IMG/VR virus record: IMGVR_UViG_3300049144_000064
Span: 1 to 26,776 of that record
DNA length: 26,776 nucleotides
Direction: 5' to 3' (one strand)
DNA from: a virus
Lineage: Duplodnaviria > Caudoviricetes
How positions within the stretch are numbered: the first letter of the stretch is position 1; each line of letters opens with the position of its first letter. Positions 16,889-24,744 of this stretch are shown in pieces. The notes beneath the pieces are model-generated. The model was not told where the DNA came from. It searched no databases and worked only from the letters and a program-made list of their open reading frames with translations. Made by a program: the position numbers and the translations under genes.

Positions 16889-18340
16889 TCAGGCGTCGAG
16901 CTCGACGAACGGCGACAGCTTGTTCGCGCTGCCGTTGGCCGGGGTGATCGCGCTCTTGAGCCAGGGCTGGCCGTCGACGCGCTGGATGATCCGGAACGTG
17001 GTCTTGTCCGAACCGAACTTGTAGTCGGTGCTGGAGTCGGCGGTCATCGCCTGCCGGTCACCGACGAGGTAGTAGGTCAGGTCGGTGAACGCGAGGTCGC
17101 CGCGCGCGCCGAGCTGGCCGCCCTTCTCGGTGATCAGCAGCGGGCGGCCGAAGATGCTCAGCGGCATCGACTCGCTGGCGTTGACGACAAACACGCTGTT
17201 GCCGCCGGTGCCGACCGTGAGCGCCATCGTCAGCAGCTGCGGGAGCGCGTCCGGCGAGCACGTCCACACGCCCCGGTTGATCGAGGACGGCAGCATCCGG
17301 GCGAACATGTTGACGATGTCGATGTAGTCGATCTCGTTGTTCGTCGCGCGGTCGACGGCTACGGCGGCCGGGTTGCCGGAACCGCGGTAGCCGAGCGGCT
17401 TGTCGACGCCGTTGCCGGTCTGGAAGGCGTTGTCCTCCTCGAACGCCAGGGCCTGCGGCCATAGGGTCTCGATGAGGGTGGAGAACGAGGTGATCGAGTC
17501 GGCGAGCAGCTCGTTCGGCACCGCGGAGAGGCCGGTCAGCTTCTTCGCGTCGAGGGTGACCTTGCCGAACTTCGGGTTGCTGTCGGTGAGCTCGGCGCCT
17601 TCCTCGCCCCAGTAGGCGATCATGCCGCCGAACACCGAGCCGGCGTTCGTGGTGGCGTCGATCATCGGGAACGGCACGCGGGCCGACTCCATCGGCACGA
17701 CCGTGGCGCGCGGCCGGACGACCGAAGACTCCAGCGCGATCTGCAGCAGCTGCGAGCGCAGGGTCTCCGGAACGAGGAACCCACCCTCGGACGGGATCAC
17801 GGACGACGCGGCGTTGCGCAGCTTCGCCAGCTTGTCCTGGTCGGCCTTGTTGTTGAGGTGCCAGATGTTGCGGATGAAGTCGACGCTGTCGTCGAACACG
17901 CCGTCGGCGCCGGCGCCCGGGGCGTTGCGGTTGTAGGCGGTGCCCTGCCGGTGGCTGGTGAGCATGCCACCGCGGCGGACGCCGTTCTGCGGGTCGAGGT
18001 TCAGGCGGCGGATCCGCTCGTGCTCCTCGTCGGAGACCTGCGCGTTGCGGAGCAGGTTCGCCAGGCCGCGCTCCACCTCGACCGAGATCTGCTCGTTGAG
18101 CTCGGTGCCCTTGGCCTGGGTCTTCTCGGCGTAGCTGTCGATCCAGTTCGCGAGGGCGTCGGGGCCTTCCTTCACGAGTTCGCCGACGCGGGTCTTGTCC
18201 GTGAGCATCTCGCGGAGCTCGTCGGAGTCCTTGGGGATCGGCGGGGCGGTGTTGATGACACGGCCGATGTACTTGCTCGGGATGCCGAGGCGGGCGAGGC
18301 GGTCGCGCTGCCCCGGGGAGAGCGTCGTGGTGGCGTTCAT
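16889..18340 (-). CDS. Major capsid protein, HK97 fold (483 aa)
   Basis: EGGFLVPE, WGEEG, KKLTGLSAVPNELLADS, IFGRPLLITE and RVDGQP motifs. Confidence 0.95.
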   Translation of the reverse strand: MNATTTLSPGQRDRLARLGIPSKYIGRVINTAPPIPKDSDELREMLTDKTRVGELVKEGPDALANWIDSYAEKTQAKGTELNEQISVEVERGLANLLRNAQVSDEEHERIRRLNLDPQNGVRRGGMLTSHRQGTAYNRNAPGAGADGVFDDSVDFIRNIWHLNNKADQDKLAKLRNAASSVIPSEGGFLVPETLRSQLLQIALESSVVRPRATVVPMESARVPFPMIDATTNAGSVFGGMIAYWGEEGAELTDSNPKFGKVTLDAKKLTGLSAVPNELLADSITSFSTLIETLWPQALAFEEDNAFQTGNGVDKPLGYRGSGNPAAVAVDRATNNEIDYIDIVNMFARMLPSSINRGVWTCSPDALPQLLTMALTVGTGGNSVFVVNASESMPLSIFGRPLLITEKGGQLGARGDLAFTDLTYYLVGDRQAMTADSSTDYKFGSDKTTFRIIQRVDGQPWLKSAITPANGSANKLSPFVELDA

Positions 18341-18355
18341 GCCGGTGGTTCCTTC

Positions 18356-19393
18356 CTACTTCCAGAGGGCTGCGAACACTTCGTCCAACCCGGACGGTGT
18401 TGCTTCGGTGAGGGGCCTGAACAGGTCGGCCCACTCGTCCGTCGGGGCCGCGGGCGCGGACTCGGCGGGGTCGGTGTCCGGCTCGACGGCCGGAGCTTCG
18501 GGGGCGTCCTCGGTGGCGGCTGGCGTCACAACCTCGGCGGGGTGCTCCGGAGTGGACTCGGCGGCGACTTCGACGGCGGCCGGCTCGACGGGGACCGCGG
18601 GCTCGGCCGGCTGCTCGCCTGCCAGCTCGTCGAGCGCCTTCGGCGCGGGCGCCTTCTCGCGCCCGGCGTAGTGGTAGGCGAACACGGTGAGGTCGTAGGA
18701 CTTCGCCATCAGCTCGTCGAGCTCGGCCGCGGCGTCGCCGGGGACGACCGCGGTCTCTTCCTCGGTCTCCTCGTCGGCGTTGTTCACCTCGTCGCACAGC
18801 CCCGCGGCGAGCGCTTCGTCGGCGGTGTACCAGGTCTCGGCCTTCATCGCCGCGCGCCACTGCTCGACGGTGCCGCCCGCCTGCTGGACGTAGATGTCGG
18901 CGATGTTGTTCGACTGCTTGTCGAGGAACTCGACGACCTTCGCGAACTCCTCGGCGTTGCCGTAGCAGATGGTCGAAGCGTCGTGGATCATCATGCTGGC
19001 GTTGCGCTGCATCACCACCGTGTCGCCGGCCATCGCGATGAACGACGCGGCCGACGCGGCGAGACCGTCCACACGGGCCTCAATGGTCGCGGGGTGGTCG
19101 CGCAGCGCGTGGTAGATCGCCAGCCCGTCGAAGACATCCCCGCCGGGGCTGTTGATGTGCAGAATGATGTTCGCGACGCGCAGGGCCATCAGGTCCCGCA
19201 CGAAGTCCTGCGCCTCGACACCCCAGTAGCCGATCTCCTCGTACAGGTAGATCGCCGCGGTGTCGGGCAGGTCGACCAAGTCGGTGACCATCCGGTACCA
19301 GGTGCGGCCTTCGGCGATCTGCTGCGCCTGGTCGGCCGACACCCGCAGCGCCTGCATGCGCCGCTGCGTCCTGAGCCGGGAAGCCTTCGACAT
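18356..19393 (-). CDS. ClpP-like (S14) head maturation protease with acidic scaffold-like tail (start 19393 or 19396)
   Basis: HINSPGGDVFDG, GLAASAASFIAMAGD, MMIHD and ETWYTADEAL motifs. Confidence 0.93.
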   Translation of the reverse strand: MSKASRLRTQRRMQALRVSADQAQQIAEGRTWYRMVTDLVDLPDTAAIYLYEEIGYWGVEAQDFVRDLMALRVANIILHINSPGGDVFDGLAIYHALRDHPATIEARVDGLAASAASFIAMAGDTVVMQRNASMMIHDASTICYGNAEEFAKVVEFLDKQSNNIADIYVQQAGGTVEQWRAAMKAETWYTADEALAAGLCDEVNNADEETEEETAVVPGDAAAELDELMAKSYDLTVFAYHYAGREKAPAPKALDELAGEQPAEPAVPVEPAAVEVAAESTPEHPAEVVTPAATEDAPEAPAVEPDTDPAESAPAAPTDEWADLFRPLTEATPSGLDEVFAALWK

Positions 19394-21528
19394 CACTTGC
19401 CTCCCTCAGTGGTTTCCGGGCGCCAGACGCCCACGAACGTGCCGCGGCAGCGCCAGCGGCCCAGGCAGTCGACGTAGCCGCCGGCCGGGTAGAGCGCGAA
19501 CAGCGGCGCGAGGTCGTCGGTGTTGCAGATCCACCGGCCATGGACGGTGCGGCACGGCAGGCAGGTGTTGCTGTCCATCTGCTCGGACGCGTACAGGGCG
19601 CCGGTCGGGCCCGCGGCGAAGGTCTCGGCGCGGGCGAGGTTCTGCGCGTCGGTGAGCGCCCCGCCGAGCGCCTGGCGCGCGCCCGCGTCCGACAGTTCAG
19701 TGAGGAACTGGTCGACGTGGTCGCCGACGACGTCCGCGTCCGGGTCCGGTCCTGCGACGCGGGCGGCTTCCCGGCCGGCGGTGAGCGCGTAGCGGGCACC
19801 CTCGAAGTCGGCGACCTGCTTCGCGGCGGCTTCGAGGTCGGCGGCGGTCGGCCAGTGTGCCTCGAGGTCGACGCCCGCGGCGGCGGCTTCGTCGACGGCG
19901 TGCCCGGCCGCGGTCTCGGCGAACGCGGCCATCGCCGCGGACAGCGCGCTGGCGGCCGGCTCGGTGTCGACGGTGAGGGTGTTGAGGTCGCCGCGGTCGC
20001 CGTCGGCGCCGAGCGCGGCCTTGATCGCCTCGACGAGCTGGCGGATCCACTCGGCGACGACGCTGGCTGTCCAGGTCTCCAGGAGCACGCTGAGCGCGGC
20101 TTCCCAGGCGGCCTGGACCGGGCCGAGGTCGACGGCGTCGACGGCGTCCTCATCGGACTCCGGCCACTCCTCGTCGGCGTTGCGGACCGCGCGGCGGAAC
20201 AGGCCGGCGAAGAGGTCGGCGTACTGGTTCTGCGGCGGGGTGGGGGCAGGTGGCTCCGGTTCGGGCGGTGTCGGGCCGTCCGGACCGGAGTCGTCTTGGG
20301 CCGGCGGCTGGGCCGGGGGCGCGGTGGGCTTCGTCCACACCAGACCTTCGGGCAGCTCGTAGGCCTCGGCCGCGGACTGGCCGTCGAAGCCGACGTTGAC
20401 GAGCGCGGCGACCGCGGTGGCGCGGGAGTTGCGGTCGGCGTTCTCGGCTTCCTCGTCGGCGGGGACCGGGGAGTCGTAGTCGAACTCGTGGTCCGGCCCG
20501 GTCGGGTACATCGGCAGGAGGATTCCGTTGAGGGTGTCCCGCCACCGGTCGTCGCGCGGGACGGTGAGCCACTTCGCGAACACGGTTTCGCCGACGATGG
20601 AGCTGGCCCGGTTGGCGTCCTCGGTGATGCCGAGCATCGGCTTGGGGAACCCGAACGCCTCCATGACCGCGTCTCGGCTGGCGCCGCGCAGTTCGACGAA
20701 CTGCATGTCTCGCATGGTGTATTTGCGGTCGACCCACTTCATGCCGGCTTCGAGGATGGCGACGCGGTGGGCGCGGGAGACGCCGCGGTGCTGCTCGTCC
20801 CAGCGGGCGGTGAGCTTGTCGAACTCGTCGTCGTCGAGCTCGTGCTCGACCTCGATGATGCCGCCTGGCTCGGCGGAGTCGCGGAAGAAGTTGGCGTTCC
20901 AGCGGGCCGCGTAGTCCGCCGAGACGACCTCGGTCAGCACCGACTGGACGGGGCCGAGCCCGCGGTAGGGGTCGAGCGGGTTCGGCATGCGGACGTGGAT
21001 GACCTCGTCGGTCTCCAGCGGCACCTTCTCCCCGTCCGGGGAGGTGTAGATCCAGCCGGCCAGGTACTTCGTCGGGTGCGGGACCGGGTCGATGCGGTCG
21101 GGACGGATCGGCCAGAGCTCGAGCGGGAGGCCGCGGAGTGCGCGGTTGGTGTGGCGGGAGACGAGCAGGCAGGCTTCGCCGGCGAGGTCGAGGTGCTGCT
21201 GGAGGATCTCGAACAGCGCCATGCGGGACATGAACGGGTTCGGCTTGTTGATCAGGTCGAGGGCTGCGTGCGATGTGACTTCGACGCGGTCTTCGTCCTT
21301 GCCGGACTTGGCCTTGCGGTAGAGGTGCCACTCGGTTTTCGCGACCGCGGTGGAGGTGCGGTTGACGATGCCGTAGACGGTGCCGTTGGTCGCCATGGTG
21401 CCGAGCTGGGAGGCGGCGTCGCGGCGGGTGAAGAACCCGCCGACGGAGCGGGCGGCGGCGCGGGAGACGAGCGGGGCCGGGGAGTCGTTGCGGGGGCGCG
21501 GCGTGAGGGCGCCGAGCAGGCTAACCAC
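19393..21528 (-). CDS. Portal protein fused to MuF-like minor head domain (711 aa)
   Basis: HK97-type portal motifs (WPIRPDRI, EVIHVRMPNPLDPYRGLGP), Pro-rich linker, C-terminal DSNTCLPC…CLGRWRCRG. Confidence 0.9.
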   Translation of the reverse strand: MVSLLGALTPRPRNDSPAPLVSRAAARSVGGFFTRRDAASQLGTMATNGTVYGIVNRTSTAVAKTEWHLYRKAKSGKDEDRVEVTSHAALDLINKPNPFMSRMALFEILQQHLDLAGEACLLVSRHTNRALRGLPLELWPIRPDRIDPVPHPTKYLAGWIYTSPDGEKVPLETDEVIHVRMPNPLDPYRGLGPVQSVLTEVVSADYAARWNANFFRDSAEPGGIIEVEHELDDDEFDKLTARWDEQHRGVSRAHRVAILEAGMKWVDRKYTMRDMQFVELRGASRDAVMEAFGFPKPMLGITEDANRASSIVGETVFAKWLTVPRDDRWRDTLNGILLPMYPTGPDHEFDYDSPVPADEEAENADRNSRATAVAALVNVGFDGQSAAEAYELPEGLVWTKPTAPPAQPPAQDDSGPDGPTPPEPEPPAPTPPQNQYADLFAGLFRRAVRNADEEWPESDEDAVDAVDLGPVQAAWEAALSVLLETWTASVVAEWIRQLVEAIKAALGADGDRGDLNTLTVDTEPAASALSAAMAAFAETAAGHAVDEAAAAGVDLEAHWPTAADLEAAAKQVADFEGARYALTAGREAARVAGPDPDADVVGDHVDQFLTELSDAGARQALGGALTDAQNLARAETFAAGPTGALYASEQMDSNTCLPCRTVHGRWICNTDDLAPLFALYPAGGYVDCLGRWRCRGTFVGVWRPETTEGGK

Positions 21529-21733
21529 GTCGGCCAGCCGGGGCGGCGGCGCGGCGCTGGAGGTCGGCGCGGAACTCGACGACGAGGCAGGACACGGCGA
21601 CGGCGACCCAGCCGGCGATGGCTGACCAGCTGAACATGGCGATGCAGGCTGCGGTGCAGGCTGCGAGGACCCAGAACAGGGGCAGCACGTAGACCAGCGC
21701 GGGGCGGAGCAGTGCTCCCAGGCCGGTCAGCAT
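21521..21733 (-). CDS. Small 2-TM membrane protein (70 aa), probably leaderless
   Basis: Hydrophobic; overlaps the portal start; AT-rich promoter-like sequence immediately upstream. Confidence 0.7.
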   Translation of the reverse strand: MLTGLGALLRPALVYVLPLFWVLAACTAACIAMFSWSAIAGWVAVAVSCLVVEFRADLQRRAAAPAGRRG

Positions 21734-21844
21734 GATCGCTGTATACCTGTCCAACTGCTCAGATGAACAGCTATGCATGACTCAGGGCGCGGTGGCGCGC
21801 CGAAATGCACACTCTCGTGTGCATGGCCCGCTACGGTGGAGCGC

Positions 21845-21938
21845 GCGTCGGAGCCTGGGCAGCCGGGTGACGGCCCGGGGAATGGCTGCGGGCTGATCGG
21901 CAGCAGATGTTCCTAGATCCTCCGGGCGGCTTCGACGC
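21845..21938 (+). ncRNA. Candidate structured small RNA (~95 nt)
   Basis: Terminal 11-bp stem GCGTCGGAGCC/GGCTTCGACGC; internal helices CCGGGT-GACG-GCCCGG, GGAATG/TGTTCC and GCTGC/GCAGC; -10-like TACGGT 7 nt upstream. Confidence 0.4.
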
Positions 21939-21950
21939 CCAGGACACAGC

Positions 21951-21989
21951 GAGAGGCCCCCGGAGCACGATGCTCGACGGGGGCCTCTC
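21951..21989. terminator. Long hairpin within the RNA island
   Basis: GAGAGGCCCCCG/CGGGGGCCTCTC (12 bp) plus inner GAGCA-CGA-TGCTC. Confidence 0.6.
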
Positions 21990-22048
21990 CGGCTGGCCGC
22001 CTCTCCCGTGTGGACGCCAACCGCTGCACGCCGATGCTACCGTGGACC

Positions 22049-22122
22049 CGCGCCGTAGAGCAGTTCGGCAGCTCGGCAGGCTCATAACCTGTAGGTCGTG
22101 GGTTCAAATCCCACCGGCGCGA
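22049..22122 (+). tRNA. tRNA with CAU anticodon, initiator-Met-derived scaffold, no encoded CCA
   Basis: Full cloverleaf: CGCGCCG/CGGCGCG acceptor, GAGC/GCTC D stem, GCAGG-CTCATAA-CCTGT anticodon arm, GTGGG-TTCAAAT-CCCAC T arm, discriminator A. Confidence 0.92.
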
Positions 22123-22200
22123 CTGTCGCGGGTTCGACTCCCGTCAGCCGTGAAGCGGCGCGCCGCCGATGGCTGTAGCTCAGGTGGTAGAGCAACCGTC
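22123..22200 (+). ncRNA. Circularly permuted tRNA-like RNA (YrlA Y-RNA topology)
   Basis: T arm GCGGG-TTCGACT-CCCGT precedes acceptor strands CAGCCGT/ATGGCTG (7 bp, closed by a linker), then TA and D arm GCTC-AGGTGGTA-GAGC. Confidence 0.75.
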
Positions 22201-22223
22201 CGCCCCGGCCTCGCGCCGGGGCG
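22201..22223. terminator. Hairpin between the RNA island and the terminase stop (possibly bidirectional terminator)
   Basis: CGCCCCGGC-CTCGC-GCCGGGGCG followed by TTCGGCGTTT. Confidence 0.6.
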
Positions 22224-22232
22224 TTCGGCGTT

Positions 22233-23642
22233 TCAGCGCCTCCGGCCGCCGCCCATCACCCGGATGTTCGGCCGCGACCCCAGATCCCGCTGCGCCACGA
22301 TGTACCGCATCGGGTCCATGCCGTGGTCGTTCTCCTTGACCGGCTCTTCCTTCGTCGTCTTGTCCGCCCACACGTAGCCGGCCAGCTCCTCGACCGTGCA
22401 GCACGGCAACTTCCGCCGCTGCAGCTCCGGATCCCGGGCCACGAGGGCGTCGCGCATGAAGAAGATCCGCGGCCGCCCGTCATCAGCCACCTTGAACCGG
22501 GCCTGCACGGCCTGGATGCCGGCCTTCTTCCGCTTGTCCGCGGCCACGTTCGACAGGCCCAGGTGCCGGGCGAAGGTCTCGCGATCCTCGGCGTCGTGGT
22601 CGCACACGATCGCCCGCGGCTTCTTGTCGCCCCACTCGCGCAGCCCGGCGCGCACATCGGCGCGGACATCCTTCGCCGTCAGCACGCTGCGGTCCGGCAG
22701 CTTCGCGCCGGCGACGGGCTTGGTCACCTCAAGCAGCACGTCGAGCGCGAAGTCCTCGACGAGCCGCTTCGTGCGGTACAGCTCCCGGTACAGGTAGAGG
22801 CGGCCGTCGCCGTCCTCGGCCCAGAACTGCACGACCATCGGGTTGGTGAACCCGAAGTCGACGCTCCACCACCGCGTCCAGCTGGCCGGCGGGTCGAAGT
22901 GGTCGATCAGGTGAGTCTTCGGCGAGTACTCCTCGTAGACGATGCCCTCGGCGGCCACCCACAGCCCGTGACGCAGGCGCTGTTTCCGGACGCCGGTGAG
23001 GCCGTCGAGGATCGCGATGTACGCCTCCCCCGCCGGTGTTTTCGTGCCGTCGCGGTTGAAGTAGACGGGGTTGTCCTCGTGCGTGCAGTGCAGCATGGTC
23101 GTCTTGCCGGTGGTGCAGCGGACGTTGAGCCAGTGGGTTTCGGCGTCCGGGTTGGTGTCGGCCATCAGCTGGTGGAAGGACAGGCGGCCGTTGCGGAGGC
23201 GGGTGAGGAGCTTCTCCCAGTCGTCCTCGCTGATCTCGATCGCCTCTTGCACGTAGATCACGTCGTACTCCGACGACATGATCTTCGTGGGGTTGTCCAT
23301 GCCGCCGACGACGAGCGTGGACCCGTTGGCGTACTTGAACGCAGCGGCTTCCTTGGCGGAGCCGCCGAAGAACTTCACCACGCCGGCGGCGAGCGCTTCG
23401 GTGGCGACGTGCTCCTGGAACGTCACCAGCCCGGTCGACGTGAGCGAGACGAGGGTCTTCCGCAGGATGAGGCCGCGCATGCCCGGGTTCAGCAGCGCCA
23501 TCAGGTGCAGCTTCTCCAGGCACGCCCTCGACTTGCCCGTGCCGGCGGGACCGGACATGAGAACCTCGGTGTCGCGGCAGTGCAGCAGCTCCCGCGCGGT
23601 CCCCCACGGTTCGTAGGTGTGCTCGACGACCGCGGCGGTCAT
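22233..23642 (-). CDS. terL: Terminase large subunit, PBSX/SPP1-like (469 aa)
   Basis: Walker A GPAGTGKS, Walker B-like DVIYVQEA, DTNP, nuclease motifs VDFGFTNP and NDHGMDPMRY; ATGA overlap at 23642. Confidence 0.93.
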   Translation of the reverse strand: MTAAVVEHTYEPWGTARELLHCRDTEVLMSGPAGTGKSRACLEKLHLMALLNPGMRGLILRKTLVSLTSTGLVTFQEHVATEALAAGVVKFFGGSAKEAAAFKYANGSTLVVGGMDNPTKIMSSEYDVIYVQEAIEISEDDWEKLLTRLRNGRLSFHQLMADTNPDAETHWLNVRCTTGKTTMLHCTHEDNPVYFNRDGTKTPAGEAYIAILDGLTGVRKQRLRHGLWVAAEGIVYEEYSPKTHLIDHFDPPASWTRWWSVDFGFTNPMVVQFWAEDGDGRLYLYRELYRTKRLVEDFALDVLLEVTKPVAGAKLPDRSVLTAKDVRADVRAGLREWGDKKPRAIVCDHDAEDRETFARHLGLSNVAADKRKKAGIQAVQARFKVADDGRPRIFFMRDALVARDPELQRRKLPCCTVEELAGYVWADKTTKEEPVKENDHGMDPMRYIVAQRDLGSRPNIRVMGGGRRR

Positions 23643-23863
23643 GACCGGGACGCCTGAGCGGGCCAGGCGTAGTACGGGCTGACCCCGCACTCCAGCTGCC
23701 CACGGCTGATCAGCCGCTCTACCTTGCGGAGCGCGACCTTCTCCGGAGCGCCCTCAGCTACGAGCGCGGCGACGACGCCCGGGCCGCCGTCTTGCCACGC
23801 GCGCGCCAGCTCGACTACGTGGCCGGCGTCGATGTCGGCGCATTTCGCCGGGCGCGCGGTCAC
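23639..23863 (-). CDS. Small hypothetical protein, possible winged helix (74 aa)
   Basis: GTGA/ATGA overlaps on both sides; PEKVALRKVERLISRGQLECG. Confidence 0.65.
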   Translation of the reverse strand: MTARPAKCADIDAGHVVELARAWQDGGPGVVAALVAEGAPEKVALRKVERLISRGQLECGVSPYYAWPAQASRS

Positions 23864-24183
23864 TTCGGCACCTGCTCGTCGAGGAGGTCCCAGGTGCGGC
23901 ATGGCCAGCTGGCCATGAAGTCGCCGCTCTCGCACTCCTGGCAGTCCCGGCTGCCGTCCGGCGCGTGCAGGTTGGCGACCGCGGCGACCACTCCCCCGGC
24001 GGCGAGCAGCTGCGCGTGCCGCGTGTCCTCGCGCGCCTCCCGGGCCTCGCGCTCGGCGCGCCACCGGATGACGTCCTCTTCGGACGGCGGCGCCACGCCG
24101 AGGAGCTGCTCGGAGACTGGCACGTAGGCGGCCAGCTTCACGACCTGCATCCGGAGGTCGGCGGGGACCAGGAAGTCGCTCAT
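23860..24183 (-). CDS. Hypothetical protein with H-CxxC-WPC metal-binding motif (107 aa)
   Basis: LHAP…CQEC…WPCRT; likely leaderless (CACACT 6 nt before ATG). Confidence 0.7.
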   Translation of the reverse strand: MSDFLVPADLRMQVVKLAAYVPVSEQLLGVAPPSEEDVIRWRAEREAREAREDTRHAQLLAAGGVVAAVANLHAPDGSRDCQECESGDFMASWPCRTWDLLDEQVPK

Positions 24184-24206
24184 GCGTCCAGTGTGCGTCA
24201 CGGCGG

Positions 24207-24392
24207 TCAGATCCGGAGCAGACACTCGGTCGCGTAGCCGACGACGAACCCCATCTGGATCGCGAGCTCCGACGCCTCGAGGTAGCTGCCGGCGGCGACC
24301 TTGACGTGGACGTAGTGGTCGACGAGCACGCCGCGGTGCAGCAGCTGGTGCGTCGTCACGCCGACGTCGAACTCCCACACGGTCACGATCAC
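24207..24392 (-). CDS. Hypothetical protein (61 aa)
   Basis: GTGA overlap; normal codon bias. Confidence 0.65.
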   Translation of the reverse strand: MIVTVWEFDVGVTTHQLLHRGVLVDHYVHVKVAAGSYLEASELAIQMGFVVGYATECLLRI

Positions 24393-24622
24393 ACCGCTCG
24401 GTCAGGTTCGTCGGTCCACTTCGCCAGCGTGTCGCGGACCGTGCGCTCGACCCGCTCGGCGACCGGCTCCCCCGCCAGTTCCTGGCAGACGTCGAGCACC
24501 GCGCGCAGTGTGGCGAACGCGGTCGGCGCTTGCTGGATGGTCGTCTCCTCGTCACCCTGCCACGGCACCGCGGGCGCGCTCGCGTACGCGGCGAGGAGGT
24601 CCCGCGCGGTCTGCTCGCTCAC
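24389..24622 (-). CDS. Hypothetical protein (77 aa)
   Basis: GTGA overlaps; MSEQTARDLLAAY…. Confidence 0.65.
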   Translation of the reverse strand: MSEQTARDLLAAYASAPAVPWQGDEETTIQQAPTAFATLRAVLDVCQELAGEPVAERVERTVRDTLAKWTDEPDRAV

Positions 24623-24744
24623 GACGCGGGCAGCTTCTGGGCGCTGATGATCGCCACGCAGCCTGAGCAGAGGATCCCGCCCGCTCCGGCCGGGGCCGCG
24701 TCGCACTTCGAGCACATCGGGCCAGTGGTGGGTTCGTCGCTCAT
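24619..24744 (-). CDS. C4 Zn-finger mini-protein (41 aa) MSDEPTTGPMCSKCDAAPAGAGGILCSGCVAIISAQKLPAS
   Basis: ATGA and GTGA overlaps on both ends; CxxC…CxxC; not in the ORF track. Confidence 0.7.
   Translation of the reverse strand: MSDEPTTGPMCSKCDAAPAGAGGILCSGCVAIISAQKLPAS

Noticed and set aside
8043-21633. Long plus-strand ORFs (8043..10727, 10000..11439, 14284..16407, 17858..19477, 19540..21633)
   Set aside because: Antisense shadows of real high-GC genes; no motifs or RBS support.
22123-22151. tRNA 3' fragment as an att-site duplication
   Set aside because: Its T arm differs from the adjacent tRNA, it pairs with the downstream D-arm half, and it lies mid-prophage with no integrase nearby.
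22123-22232. Two-piece (permuted) tmRNA
   Set aside because: It has a true D stem, and there is no tag ORF, pseudoknot region or CCA end.
21907-22377. 156-aa plus-strand ORF and other ORFs across the RNA island
   Set aside because: They overlap a clear tRNA, and their translations are typical tRNA read-through artefacts.
23245-23270. Terminase inactivation by Walker B reading VQEA
   Set aside because: The catalytic Glu and all other motifs are intact; more likely a subfamily variant than a lesion.
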